This document shows positions 11,687 to 25,719 of a DNA stretch of 35,727 bases, piece by piece. Position 1 is the first letter of the stretch; every line of letters starts with the position of its first letter. Made by a program: the position numbers and the translations under genes. The stretch spans positions 1 to 35,727 of the forward strand of contig NW_024705541.1 of the NCBI RefSeq assembly GCF_018977255.1. Direction: 5' to 3'. This DNA comes from Callorhinchus milii (taxonomy: Eukaryota). Below the pieces are notes generated by a model that ran no database searches, was not told the DNA's origin, and worked only from the letters and a program-made list of their open reading frames with translations.

Positions 11687-12589
11687 CAAAGGATTAGTTC
11701 CAGCCTTAATATCAACTACATATGAAATTACACATGCAAGTTTCCGCACCCCCGTGAGGACCTCCTTTAACTATGAACATACAAAAGAGATGGTATCAGG
11801 CTCACAACAAGTTAGCCCACAACACCTAGCCACCCACACCCTCAAGGGTACTCAGCAGTGATAAACCTTAAGCTATGGACGCAAGCCCGACTAAGTTACA
11901 TATTTTAGAGCTGGTAAACCTCGTGCCAGCCACCGCGGTTATACGAGGAGCTCAAGCTGATATTCTTCGGCACAAAGCGTGATTAAAATAATAGCTTAAT
12001 TAATACTATAGAAGCCATCATGCCTGCTAGTTGAATAGGTATGCTTAAATATCTCAACATCGAAAGAATCTATATTAATAAACTCACTTTGACATCACGA
12101 AAGCAAAACTCACAAACCGGGATTAGATACCCCGCTATGCCTGCCATAAATAAACTACCGTCGCCAGGGCACTACGAACAATCGTTTAAAACCCAAAGAA
12201 CTTGACGGCACCCTAAACCCACCTAGAGGAGCCTGTCCTATAACCCGATACCCCACGTTTTAACCCCACCGCCTCTCGCCCCCAGTCTATATACCGCCGT
12301 CGCCAGCCAACCTTATAAAAGAATAACCGTAGGCAAAGAAGCTACTTATGCAAATACGTCAGGTCGAGGTGCAGCCTATGAGGCAGGCAGAGATGGGCTA
12401 CACTCTCTCCCCAGAGTATACGAATAACTTAATGAAATAATTTTGAAGGTGGATTTAGCAGTAAACAAGAATAGTTTGTCTAGTTGAAGTTGGCCACTAG
12501 GGTGCGTACACACCGCCCGTCACTCTCCCCCACCCCTCCCGGAGAAAAGTCGTAACATGGTAAGCGTACCGGAAGGTGCGCTTGGAAAA
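11687..12589 (+). rRNA. rrnS: 12S rRNA
   Basis: gtgccagccaccgcggttatac, gggattagatacccc, gtacacaccgcccgtcac, aagtcgtaacatggtaag; bounded by trnF and trnV. Confidence 0.96.
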
Positions 12590-12660
12590 CAGAGGATAGC
12601 TTAAAAGTTAAGCATTTCCCTTACACCGAAAATATTCTTGTGCGATTCAAGATCTTCTGA
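12590..12660 (+). tRNA. trnV: tRNA-Val (TAC)
   Basis: cttacac anticodon loop; between the rRNAs. Confidence 0.87.
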
Positions 12661-14277
12661 TTACCGATTTTAATATATTTATCTAACAACTTTTAATTTA
12701 TGATTATTAAACAACTTAACATATTTTACAGCAAACCATTGCCCCCGTTTTAGTATAGGTGATAGAAAAATAAAACACATATAGTACCGCAAGGGAACAT
12801 TGAAAAAGTAGTGAAACAGATCAATTAAGTAAAACAAAGCAAAGATAAAATCTTGTACCTTTTGCATCATGGCTTAGCAAGTAACCCCGAAAATACTGCC
12901 GCCACCCCGAAACTAGACGAGCTACCCTGGGATTACCTATAAGGGTTAATCCGTATCTGTGGCAAAAGATTGGAAAAAGCCCTGGGTAGAGGTGATAAAC
13001 CTACCGAGCCTAGTGATAGCTGGTTACTTAAGAAACAAGTTTAAGCTTGATCTTAATTTGTAGATAAGCAACAAAATTACTTATAAATTTAAACATCTTA
13101 CTCCTCTACATTTTAAGTTTTATTCACTAGGGGTACAGCCCTAGTGAACAGAGATACAGCTCTATTAATTAGATAATATCCCACTTATAAACTTAAGTAG
13201 GCCTAAAAGCAGCCACCAAAAAGAAAAGCGTTACAGCTTAAGTTTACTAAACTTTAAATACCATAATACATAAAGACCCTATAGCCACTATTAAGTAATC
13301 CTATATTATAGGAGATATCCTGCTAAGATTAGTAATTTGAGGTCGCACCCCTCTAAATGTAAGTGTAAGCCAGATCGGACTAACCACTGGAAATTAACGG
13401 CCCTTAAAACAACAGGAAGTCAGCAAAGTAGCCACCGACAGGAAAAACAAGAACTAATAACCGTTAACCCTACACTGGAACATAATATAGAAGATATAAA
13501 GGATGAGAAGGAACTCGGCAAACACAAATTCCGCCTGTTTACCAAAAACATCACCTCCAGATAAGAATCACCTATTGGAGGCAAGACCTGCCCAATGATT
13601 AATATTGAATGGCCGCGGTATCCTGACCGTGCGAAGGTAGCGTAATCACTTGTCTTTTAAATGAAGACCTGTATGAAAGGCATCACGAGATTTTACCTGT
13701 CTCCCTTCTTCAATCAATGAAATTGATCTATCCGTGCAGAAGCGGGTATAAAAACATAAGACGAGAAGACCCTATGGAGCTTCCAAACATTTACATCGCA
13801 TAATCATTATTCACGATGCACAGTTTTAGGTTGGGGCAACCACGGAACAAAAGTAATATCCACGACGACGAAAATACAATTTTCTTAACCTAGAGTTACA
13901 ACTCTAAGCACTAGTAAAACTAACGTTAATAGACCCAGCATCACTTGCTGCCTAACGAAACAAGTTACCCTAGGGATAACAGCGCAATCCTTTTCCAGAG
14001 TCCATATCGACGAAAGGGTTTACGACCTCGATGTTGGATCAGGACATCCTAATGGTGCAGCTGCTATTAAGGGTTCGTTTGTTCAACGATTAATAGTCCT
14101 ACGTGATCTGAGTTCAGACCGGAGAAATCCAGGTCAGTTTCTATCTATGTAGTCGTTTCTCCTAGTACGAAAGGACCGGCGAAGCAAGGGTCAATACACT
14201 CATGCAAACCCTGCATCAATCTTATGAGACCAACTTAATAAGAATAGTAAGCAACAAAATAACAACTAGACAAGTTT
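12661..14277 (+). rRNA. rrnL: 16S rRNA, copy 1 (3' half chimeric)
   Basis: cgcctgtttaccaaaaacat, gacgagaagacc, gggataacagcgcaatc, cctcgatgttggatc, acgtgatctgagttcagaccgg. Confidence 0.96.
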
Positions 14278-14351
14278 ATTTGGATGGCAGAGTTCAGTAA
14301 TTGCACAAGGTTTAAGCCCTTATACCAGGGGTGCAAATCCCCTTCCAAATA
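14278..14351 (+). tRNA. trnL: tRNA-Leu(UUR) (TAA)
   Basis: tggcagag D-arm; aagg-tttaagc-cctt arm; atttgga/tccaaat acceptor. Confidence 0.89.
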
Positions 14352-14355
14352 AATC

Positions 14356-15318
14356 ATGCTAGTTATATTAATATCCTCTTTAATTTTAGTTTTAATAGTT
14401 CTACTTGCAGTAGCATTTCTCACAATAGTCGAACGAAAAACCCTAGGTTACATACAACTTCGCAAGGGACCAAATGTTGTAGGATTTATAGGACTTTTAC
14501 AACCTATTGCAGACGGAGTAAAATTATTTCTAAAAGAACCCGTATGACCTATCGCAGCCTCCCCAGCCTTATTTATCGCAGCCCCTATTATAGCGCTAAC
14601 CTTAGCTCTATCACTCTGAATATTTATCCCCATACCACAATCAATTTCCACTATTAATCTTACTCTTCTTGTAATCCTAGCAATTTCAAGTTTATCAGTT
14701 TATGCCACCCTTGGCTCAGGTTGAGCCTCTAACTCAAAATATGCACTAATCGGAGCACTTCGGGCGGTAGCCCAAACCATCTCCTACGAAGTAAGTCTAG
14801 GCTTAATTCTATTATGTCTAATTATTTTAACAGGAGGGTTCTCTCTTCAAGCCTTTATCTATACGCAAGAACACACCTGTTCCTGCTCTCAAGCTGGCCG
14901 CTAGCAGCTATATGATTTGTTTCTACTTTAGCAGAAACAAACCGAACCCCATTTGACTTAACTGAGGGGGAATCAGAACTTGTCTCTGGCTTCAATGTAG
15001 AATATGCTGGAGGTCCATTCGCTTTATTTTTTCTAGCTGAATACTCTAATATCTTATTTATAAATACCCTTACAGCAATTATATTCCTAGGGCCTCTTGG
15101 ATCAAGTAACTTAAATATTTTACCCATTATTAATGTAATAATAAAAGCTACCCCGCTCATTATCTTGTTCTTATGAATCCGAGCCTCATACCCACGATTC
15201 CGGTATGATCAGCTAATACATCTTATATGAAAAAATTTTTACCCCTAACCTAGCCCTTTTTACTCTTCAATTATCCCTCGCTGTATCGTTTGGAGGAGTA
15301 GGAGTCCCTCAAATATAA
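14356..15318 (+). CDS. ND1: NADH dehydrogenase subunit 1, copy 1 (3 nt missing near 14879 and 15235-15250)
   Basis: [46 protein letters not shown] stop; 963 nt versus 966 in copy 2. Confidence 0.95.
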
Positions 15319-15346
15319 ACACTAATAATAAACTGAGTTTAACAGT

Positions 15347-15415
15347 GGAAGTATGTCCGAAAATAGGAACCACTTTGATAGAGTGGCTACAGGGGATATT
15401 ACCCCCTTTCTTCCT
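15347..15415 (+). tRNA. trnI: tRNA-Ile (GAT)
   Basis: ccact-ttgatag-agtgg arm. Confidence 0.9.
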
Positions 15416-15417
15416 CA

Positions 15418-15488
15418 TTAGCATGAAAGGATTCGAACCTTAATCTGAGAGACCAAAACCCTCCGTGTTTCCATTACACCACATCCTA
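15418..15488 (-). tRNA. trnQ: tRNA-Gln (TTG)
   Basis: Plus-strand ggattcgaacct and gagaccaaaaccctc; IQM cluster. Confidence 0.86.
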
Positions 15489-15556
15489 AGTAAGATAAGC
15501 TAAATAAAGCTTTTGGGCCCATACCCCAAATATGATGTTACTAACATCTCTTACTA
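15489..15556 (+). tRNA. trnM: tRNA-Met (CAT)
   Basis: ttggg-cccatac-cccaa arm. Confidence 0.9.
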
Positions 15557-15557
15557 T

Positions 15558-16601
15558 ATGCTATCCCCCTTAATTCAATCTACCCTACTAATAACCCTAG
15601 GTCTTGGCACACTTGTGACATTCTCAAGCACCAGCTGAATTCTAGCTTGAATCGGATTAGAAATTAATACAATTGCTATCATCCCATTGATAGCTAAAAC
15701 ACACCACCCACGTTCAATTGAAGCAACTACTAAATACTTCATTGCTCAAAGTGCAGGCTCTGCCACACTTCTTATTACTGCCTGTTTAGCCGCTTGACAC
15801 TCAGGAAATTGAGCAATCAGTCCATCAAGCGACCCAATTATCCTTAACGCCATAACTCTTGCTCTTATACTTAAGCTAGGTATAGCTCCAATACACTTCT
15901 GACTTCCAGAAGTAATAGCAGGCCTAGACCTTACTACAGGCATAATCTTAGCAACTTGACAAAAATTAGCCCCAATCACCCTCCTTATTCAAATTGCACA
16001 AGATCAAAATAATGCATTTATTCTTGGCCCAGCTTTACTATCAGTATTTATTGGGGGATGGGGAGGCCTAAACCAAACTCAAACACGAAAAATTATGGCC
16101 TATTCATCAATCGCACATATAGGCTGAATTGCTAGCATGGCCCCCTTTAACCCCACAATCACTTGAGTCACAACCCTAATCTACTGTTTACTTACAAGCA
16201 CTACATTTATTAGTCTCAACACCTTAAAAGCTAATAAAATTACAGCACTTACCATAAATAAACACAATCAAATCTCTCAAATACTTTTATTGCTTCTTCT
16301 GTTATCTCTAGGCGGGCTACCCCCACTAACAGGGTTTACTAATAAACTTCTAGCATCAATTGAACTAGCCAACCAAAACCTTGCCATTTACTTATTCATA
16401 ATAATAATAGGCTCATTACTAAGTCTATTTTTTTATACTCGAATATGCTATCTATCAATCATTTTATCGCCCCCATGTCCAACAACAAATCTTATTCTTT
16501 GGCGTATAGCCCAAAATAAGCCTATAACTATCCTGACTATATTATCAACTAATCTATTTATTTTAACACCTCAATTAATGGCAATCTTTATTATACACTA
16601 G
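15558..16601 (+). CDS. ND2: NADH dehydrogenase subunit 2
   Basis: [42 protein letters not shown] stop; 1044 nt. Confidence 0.96.
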
Positions 16602-16667
16602 AAATTTAAGTTATATAGACTCTAAGCCTTCAAAGCTTACAGTAAGGGAGACTACCCTTAATTTCTG
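16600..16667 (+). tRNA. trnW: tRNA-Trp, copy 2
   Basis: Same sequence as 376-443. Confidence 0.9.
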
Positions 16668-16669
16668 AC

Positions 16670-16738
16670 TAAAATTTGCAAGATATACTCACATCTTCTG
16701 AACGCAAATCAGATGCTTTATATTAAGCTAAAATTTTT
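16670..16738 (-). tRNA. trnA: tRNA-Ala, copy 2
   Basis: Same sequence as 446-514. Confidence 0.88.
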
Positions 16739-16739
16739 A

Positions 16740-16808
16740 CTAGACCAGCAAGTGTTATCCTTACAACCTCTTAGTTAACAGCTAAGTGCTAATTTTAGCT
16801 TTGATCTA
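16740..16808 (-). tRNA. trnN: tRNA-Asn, copy 2
   Basis: As 516-584 with one substitution (acaacctc vs acaaactc). Confidence 0.88.
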
Positions 16809-16809
16809 T

Positions 16810-16876
16810 AGGCCCCAACAGGATTTCCTTCTGTATCTTCAGATTTGCAATCTAATGTGAACTTCACCACAGGGCC
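16810..16876 (-). tRNA. trnC: tRNA-Cys, copy 2
   Basis: Same sequence as 586-652. Confidence 0.88.
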
Positions 16877-16881
16877 AATAT

Positions 16882-16952
16882 TGGCAGGAAGAGAAATCAA
16901 ATCTCTGTAAGCGGGTCTACAGCCCACCGCCTAAACATTCGGCCATCCTACC
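16882..16952 (-). tRNA. trnY: tRNA-Tyr, copy 2
   Basis: Same sequence as 658-728. Confidence 0.88.
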
Positions 16953-16953
16953 A

Positions 16954-18496
<1,543 letters not shown>

Positions 18497-18506
<10 letters not shown>

Positions 18507-18568
18507 GGGATTCGAACCCCCCTACGCTGGTTTCAAGCCAGATGCATAACCATATCTGCCACTTTCTT
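18497..18568 (-). tRNA. trnS: tRNA-Ser(UCN), copy 2
   Basis: Repeat of 2271-2341 (one extra G). Confidence 0.88.
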
Positions 18569-18637
18569 AAGATACTAGTAAAATTATTACACTACCTTGT
18601 CAAGGTAATATTATGAGCCTTATACTCATGTATCTTG
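18569..18637 (+). tRNA. trnD: tRNA-Asp, copy 2
   Basis: Same sequence as 2342-2410. Confidence 0.9.
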
Positions 18638-18640
18638 CTT

Positions 18641-19339
18641 ATGGCACAGCAAGCTCAACTAGGACTTCAAGATGCAGCCTCCCCTATTATAGAAGAACTC
18701 ATTCATTTTCATGATCATACTCTAACAGTTGTATTCTTAATTAGTGTACTAATTTTTTATCTTATTATTTTAATGGTTTCCACCCGATTTACAAATAAAC
18801 ACTCCCTCGACTCTCAAGAAGTAGAAATTGTATGAACAGTTATACCAGCCATTGTTCTTATTATAATTGCTCTTCCGTCCCTGCGTATTCTTTATCTCAC
18901 CGATGAGATCAGTGACCCACATTTAACCATTAAAGCAGTTGGACACCAATGATACTGATCCTATGAATACACTGATTATAATCAGATAGAATTCGACTCT
19001 TATATGACACCAACCAATGAACTAGAGCCAGGAGGAATCCGTCTTCTGGACGTAGACCATCGCATCGTAGTGCCAATAGAATCCCCTATTCGCATGTTAA
19101 TTACATCAGAAGATGTAATCCACTCATGAACGATCCCGTCTTTGGGTACTAAAGTAGATGCAGTCCCAGGCCGATTAAATCAAGCAACATTCATTACAAT
19201 TCGACCAGGCCTATATTTTGGTCAATGCTCAGAAATCTGCGGTGCAAATCATAGTTTTATGCCAATCGCACTAGAAGCTGTCCCTCTATCATATTTCGAA
19301 CATTGAACAAGTTGATCTAATGATATCTTAATCTCTTAA
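18641..19339 (+). CDS. COX2: Cytochrome c oxidase subunit II, copy 2
   Basis: Repeat of 2414-3112; 699 nt. Confidence 0.96.
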
Positions 19340-19351
19340 TATATATACTGT

Positions 19352-19418
19352 CACTAAGAAGCTAACTTAGCATCAGCCTTTTAAGCTGAAGATGGGTGAA
19401 TATATTTTCCCTTAGTGA
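19352..19418 (+). tRNA. trnK: tRNA-Lys, copy 2
   Basis: Repeat of 3125-3191. Confidence 0.9.
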
Positions 19419-19419
19419 T

Positions 19420-19577
<158 letters not shown>

Positions 19578-19587
<10 letters not shown>

Positions 19588-20291
19588 CAATTTTTGACCA
19601 ATTTAACTCCCCAACCATATTTGGGCTCCCTTTAGCCTGACTAGCTATACTAATTCCTAGTATTTTACTAATATTACAAACACCTAATTTTATTAAATCT
19701 CGCTACCACACACTACTCATGCCCACACTGATAACTATTACTAAACAACTATTCACCCCAATCAATACACAAGGACATAAATGAGCCCTAATCTGCATAG
19801 CCTCCATAATATTTATCTTAATAATTAACCTTCTAGGACTATTACCATATACCTACACACCTACCACCCAGCTATCAATAAATATAGGATTAGCAGTACC
19901 AATATGATTAGCTACTGTTCTTATTGGATTACAAAAGAAACCAACAGAAGCCCTAGCCCATTTATTACCAGAAGGCACCCCAATCGCACTCATCCCCATG
20001 CTAGTTATTATCGAAACTATTAGTCTTTTCATTCGACCTATTGCCCTGGGGGTCCGACTAACTGCTAATTTAACAGCTGGACATCTACTTATTCAACTAA
20101 TTTCTATCACCACTTTTACAGTCATACCAATAATCTCACTTACACTAGCCACTTCATTACTTCTCTTCCTTTTAACTATTCTAGAGTTAGCTGTTGCTAT
20201 AATCCAAGCATATGTCTTTATTCTGCTTTTAACCCTTTATCTTCAAGAAAACGTCTATGTCCCACCAAGCTCACGCATACCACATGGTAGA
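19578..20291 (+). CDS. ATP6: ATP synthase F0 subunit 6, copy 2 (alternative incomplete stop T at 20256)
   Basis: Repeat of 3351-4064. Confidence 0.93.
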
Positions 20292-21042
20292 CCCAAGCCC
20301 CTGACCCCTAACCGGTGCTGGTGCCGCACTATTAATAACCTCTGGCCTAGCCATATGATTCCATAAAAATTCTTGTATCTTAATAACACTTGGTCTGATT
20401 CTGATGCTTCTTACAATATATCAATGATGACGAGATGTTGTTCGAGAAGGCACCTACCTAGGTCACCATACTTCTCCAGTTCAACAAGGCCTCCGCTACG
20501 GAATAATTTTATTTATTATCTCAGAAGTCTGTTTTTTCGCAGGCTTTTTCTGAGCCTTCTATCACGCCAGCCTAGCACCAACTCTAGAACTTGGTCTAAC
20601 ATGACCCCCAACAGGAATTAACCCGCTGAACCCGTTTGAAGTACCACTATTAAATACCGCAGTTCTACTTGCCTCAGGAGTATCCGTAACCTGGGCCCAC
20701 CATAGCATCACCGAAAAAAATCGAACAGAAACTACTCAAGCCCTAGCCTTAACAGTTCTGCTTGGGCTTTACTTTACAGCCCTTCAAGTTATAGAATACT
20801 ATGAAACCCCATTCACAATAGCAGACAGCGTGTACGGCTCCACTTTTTTTGTTGCAACAGGCTTCCACGGTCTACATGTAATTATTGGCTCCCTATTTCT
20901 ACTTACATGCCTAGTACGACACCTACAATACCATTTTACCTCTAAGCACCACTTCGGCTTCGAAGCCGCTGCTTGATATTGACATTTTGTAGATGTCGTT
21001 TGACTATTTTTATATATCTCCATCTACTGATGAGGCTCTTAA
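20257..21042 (+). CDS. COX3: Cytochrome c oxidase subunit III, copy 2
   Basis: Repeat of 4030-4815. Confidence 0.96.
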
Positions 21043-21050
21043 CCTAACCT

Positions 21051-21119
21051 GCCTTTTTAATACACTTAATATAGTTGGCCTCCAACCAACCAAACCTGGT
21101 ATAAGTCCAGGAAAAGGCA
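21051..21119 (+). tRNA. trnG: tRNA-Gly, copy 2
   Basis: Repeat of 4824-4892. Confidence 0.88.
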
Positions 21120-21120
21120 T

Positions 21121-21471
21121 ATGAACTCCTTCATAATTATAATCACCCTAACTTTAACTCTGTCATCTATTCTAGCCCTACTAGCATTTTGACTGCCAAT
21201 CATAAAACCAGATAGTGAAAAACTATCCCCCTACGAATGCGGCTTCGACCCACAAGGATCTGCCCGCCTACCCTTTTCCCTTCGATTCTTCCTGGTAGCC
21301 ATTCTATTTTTACTATTTGACTTAGAAATTGCCCTTCTTCTCCCATCTCCATGAGCAACAAATATTTCTCACCCAGAACTCACCCTTCTTTGGGCCTCCC
21401 TCTTTGTTATTCTTCTTACATTAGGCCTAATCTATGAATGACTTCAAGGAGGACTTGACTGAGCAGAATAA
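21121..21471 (+). CDS. ND3: NADH dehydrogenase subunit 3, copy 2
   Basis: Repeat of 4894-5244. Confidence 0.95.
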
Positions 21472-21476
21472 GTTAT

Positions 21477-21542
21477 TGGGGTTTAGTCTAATTAAGACAA
21501 TTGATTTCGGCTCAATTAATCCTGAACTTTCAGGAACACCTA
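21477..21542 (+). tRNA. trnR: tRNA-Arg, copy 2
   Basis: Repeat of 5250-5315. Confidence 0.87.
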
Positions 21543-21549
21543 CTCTCAC

Positions 21550-21839
21550 ATGCCCTGACATTAATTTTTACATCTTTCTTCCTAGCCCTAGTAGGCCTAT
21601 CCCTGCAACGAAAACATCTTCTTTCACTTTTACTTACCTTAGAAAGCATAGCCCTAGCACTGTATGTCTCTACAGCACTATGAGCCTTAAACAACACATC
21701 ACTTCCAATAATAGCGGCGCCACTTATTATTTTAACCTTCTCGGCCTGTGAAGCAGGCATAGGACTATCTTTAATAATCGCAACAGCTCGTACTCATAAC
21801 ACTGACCAATTAAAAGCCCTTAATCTGTTAAAATGCTAA
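21550..21839 (+). CDS. ND4L: NADH dehydrogenase subunit 4L, copy 2 (one C missing just after ATG)
   Basis: atgccctgaca versus atgcccctgaca in copy 1; 290 nt. Confidence 0.92.
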
Positions 21840-23209
21840 AACTTATTATCCCCTCAATTATACTAATTCCAATAACCTTTTTAATTAACAAAAAAAGCAC
21901 ACTATGAACTGCTACAACCTTCTTCAGCTTTTTAATTGCAACTTTGACAACACTCACATTGAACATAGACATAAATGAACATAATTCAACCAACTCCATA
22001 CTAAGCATTGACCAATTTTCATGCCCACTGATCATATTATCTTGTTGACTACTCCCATTAACCATCATAGCTAGCCAAGCACACATAAAAACTGAACCAA
22101 TTACACGACAAAAAACAATAATCTCTCTACTTATTCTTCTTCAAATCCTTTTATGTATTACTTTTGGGGCCTCCAATCTGCTAATATTTTATATTGCCTT
22201 TGAAACTACCTTAATCCCAACTCTTTTAATTATTACCCGCTGAGGGAACCAAAAAGAACGACTCACAGCAGGCTTATACTTCCTTTTCTATACTCTATCT
22301 GCCTCTCTCCCCCTACTTCTTGCCCTCATTATAATTCAAACCCACTTAAACTCGCTATCAACCTATATTATTCCACTTTCAGATCTATCACTGCTATCAA
22401 ACACACCATGATCTGAAGCCTTATGATGAGTTGCTTGCTTTTTAGCCTTTTTAATTAAAATACCTCTTTATATTTTCCACTTATGACTACCAAAAGCCCA
22501 CGTAGAAGCTCCAATTGCAGGCTCTATAATCTTAGCCGCGATTCTATTAAAGCTAGGAGGCTACGGTATAATTCGTATATCATCATTATTTATCCCATTA
22601 ACTAAAGACCTAGCCACTCCTTTTATAATTATTGCCATATGGGGAATAATCGTAACTAGTTCAATCTGTTTACGACAAACAGACCTAAAATCTATAATTG
22701 CCTACTCATCTGTCAGCCACATAGGCCTAGTCGTAGCTGGAATTTTCACTATAACACCCTGAGCATGATCTGGAGCTCTTGCAATAATAATTGCACATGG
22801 ACTGGTATCATCAGGCTTATTTTGTCTTGCTAATATTACTTATGAGCGCACTCACACACGTTCAATCTTTATAAACCGTGGGCTACAAGCCCTATTCCCT
22901 CTAATATCGTTCTGATGACTTATAATAACATTTGCTAATATAGCCCTACCCCCATTCCCAAACTTTATAGCAGAAATTCTAATCATCACCTCCTTATTTA
23001 GCTGATCAAATTGAACTATTATTCTTCTAGGACTAAGCATAACATTAACTGCTCTATTCTCATTAAACATGCTTATTATAACTCAACACGAACATCCTAA
23101 CAAACATGCACCAGTTAATCCTAGCACCACCCGAGAACATCTACTGATACTTATACATATAGCCCCTGTTATTCTTCTTATCGCCAACCCAAGCGCCATT
23201 ATAATTAGA
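21833..23209 (+). CDS. ND4: NADH dehydrogenase subunit 4, copy 2 (intact)
   Basis: 1377 nt from ATG to AGA; ND4 motifs as in copy 1. Confidence 0.96.
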
Positions 23210-23210
23210 A

Positions 23211-23279
23211 GCAGACATAGTTTAAATAAAACATTAGATTGTGAGTCTAATAATGAAGGTTAAAACCCCTCTGCCTGCC
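23211..23279 (+). tRNA. trnH: tRNA-His, copy 2
   Basis: Repeat of 6983-7051. Confidence 0.9.
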
Positions 23280-23348
23280 GAGAGGAGCAAGGCAGCACTA
23301 AGAACTGCTAATTCTTTCCCCCTGAGGTTCAACTCCACAGTCCTCTCG
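23280..23348 (+). tRNA. trnS: tRNA-Ser(AGY), copy 2
   Basis: Repeat of 7052-7120. Confidence 0.87.
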
Positions 23349-23349
23349 A

Positions 23350-23421
23350 GCTTCTAAAGGATAAGCAGAAATCCGCTGGCCTTAGGTGCCACCAATCTTG
23401 GTGCAAGTCCAAGTAGAAGCT
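23350..23421 (+). tRNA. trnL: tRNA-Leu(CUN), copy 2
   Basis: Repeat of 7122-7193. Confidence 0.88.
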
Positions 23422-23422
23422 A

Positions 23423-25219
23423 ATGAATTCCAATTATCTAACCTTAATTATAAACTCCGGAGCACTACTTACAATTATTATTCTTCTTACCCCTATCATT
23501 ATACCAAAACCATCTATAATTCTTATAACTAAATTAGTTAAAACCTCCATATTTATTAGCCTGATTCCATTAACTATTTACCTGAACGAAAACATAGAAA
23601 CCACCCTCACACTAAAACCCTGAATAGACTGAACCCTATTTAATATTGCCTTATCTTTTAAAATCGACAAATATACTGCTATTTTTACCCCAATTGCTTT
23701 AGTGATTACCTGAAGTATCATAGAATTCTCACAATGATATATAGAGAAAGACCGACTTGTAGACAAATTTTTTAAATATCTTCTTCTATTCTTAATTACA
23801 ATAATCACCTTTATCTCTGCAAATAACCTTTTACAACTATTTATCGGCTGAGAAGGAGTAGGAATTATATCCTTCCTCCTAATTAGCTGGTGATCAGGTC
23901 GAACAAAAGCTAACATCTCTGCCCTCCAAGCAGTAGCCTACAACCGCATCGGAGATATTGGATTAATAATAAGTATAGTCTGAATATGCTCCAACACTAA
24001 CTCCTGGGATTTACAACAAATTACTCTACTTTTATCTGATCAACAATATATTATCCCAACACTAGGATTCTTAATCGCAGCCACAGGAAAGTCAGCTCAG
24101 TTCGGACTCCACCCCTGGCTTCCAGCTGCAATAGAAGGCCCCACACCTGTTTCAGCCTTACTTCACTCTAGTACCATAGTTGTTGCAGGAGTATTTCTTC
24201 TTATCCGACTCCACCCATTATTTCAAAATTACCCCTTTATACTAGAAATAACCCTATGCCTTGGGGCAATAACCACCATTTTCGCAGCCCTTTGTGCGAC
24301 AACACAAAATGACATCAAAAAAATCATTGCCTTTTCTACATCAAGCCAACTGGGCTTGATAATAGTAGCAATTGGCCTCAACCACCCCCACATTGCCTTT
24401 CTCCATATATGCACACATGCTTTTTTTAAAGCTATACTATTCTTATGCTCAGGAAGTATCATTCATAATATAAATAATGAACAAGACATTCGAAAATTTA
24501 GTTGTTTAAATAATAACCTCCCCCTAACAACTTCTTGTATAACTATTGGATCCGCAGCATTAATAGGCCTACCGTTCCTAGCTGGCTTCTTCACAAAAGA
24601 CCTTATCCTAGAGGCCTTAAACACCTCCTATACTAATGCCTGGGCCCTAATAGTTACTCTCCTAGCTGTAACATTAACAACTGCCTATAGCTCACGACTG
24701 ATTATTATATCAGCCTCTGGCACACCACGATATTTAGCCTTAACTCCTACACACGAAAATAACTTCATTAAAAATCCTCTAAAGCGTTTAGCCTGAGGTA
24801 GCATAATCTCAGGATTTATTCTTACAAGCACACTCCCGCCAATAAAACCTCAAATCTTTACAATACCATCCTATATTAAAACTATTGCTCTAATTATATT
24901 CATTATTAGCTTAGCGATCTCCATCGAACTAACCAACAAAAAAATCAACCGAACTGCATTCTCCTTTTTTACTCAACTAGCATTTTACCCACACATTATT
25001 CATCGCTCCCTGTCCCGCCTATCTCTAATATGAAGCCAAAAATTAATAACACAAGCCACAGATCTAACATGACTGGAAAAAATTGGGCCAAAAGGATTAG
25101 CTACCAACCAAATAAAACCCTCAACAATATTAACAGAAGCCCATCGCTTAAACTCCGCCACTCTACCATTAATAGCCTTTGCCCTAGCACTAATTACACT
25201 CAGCCTTACAGCTCGCAGG
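23423..25219 (+). CDS. ND5: NADH dehydrogenase subunit 5, copy 2
   Basis: Repeat of 7195-8991; 1797 nt; AGG stop. Confidence 0.96.
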
Positions 25220-25719
25220 GCCCCGCGATCCACCCACGAACAACTACCAAAACAGAAAATAGACAAACTAATAAAGCCCACCCAGCCAGTATAAGAATAA
25301 ACCCAACCTCATAAAAAGTTGTAACCCCCAACCACTCAGCCCCAAAAATCCCACCAGCATAATCTACCCCATCACAAGCTACGGAGGTGCTTAATAAAAA
25401 ATTATTAAAATAAAAATAACCAGCGAAACAAACACACAAAACACAAACTATAAAGAATCAAAACAACCGTCCCCAAGAATCTCAGGATAAGGATCAGCTG
25501 CTAAAGCAGCTGAATACACAAAAACTACTATCATCCCCCGAGGTATAATAATACCAGGACTAAAGATAAAAAAGTACCACCATGGTATAAAATAACAAGG
25601 CACCCAGAAACAGCAACAAAAACCAAGCCTAAGGCAGAGAAATAAGGGGAAGGGCTTAAAACAACCACAGCTACCCCCAACAAAAACATTATAAAAAAAC
25701 ATAAAACAAAACTTAACAT
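25204..25719 (-). CDS. ND6: NADH dehydrogenase subunit 6, copy 2 (three apparent 1-nt deletions)
   Basis: Repeat of 8976-9492 with one further C missing near 25234. Confidence 0.92.

Noticed and set aside
12679..13564. ORFs inside 16S rRNA (12679-12870, 13337-13564) as mitochondria-derived peptides
   Set aside because: They fall within structural rRNA, start at non-ATG codons or contain AGR stops under table 2, and nothing in the sequence supports translation.
15319..15346. 28-nt spacer between ND1 and trnI with a small hairpin (taaac-tga-gttta)
   Set aside because: A 5-bp AT-rich stem is expected by chance, and there is no evidence of function.
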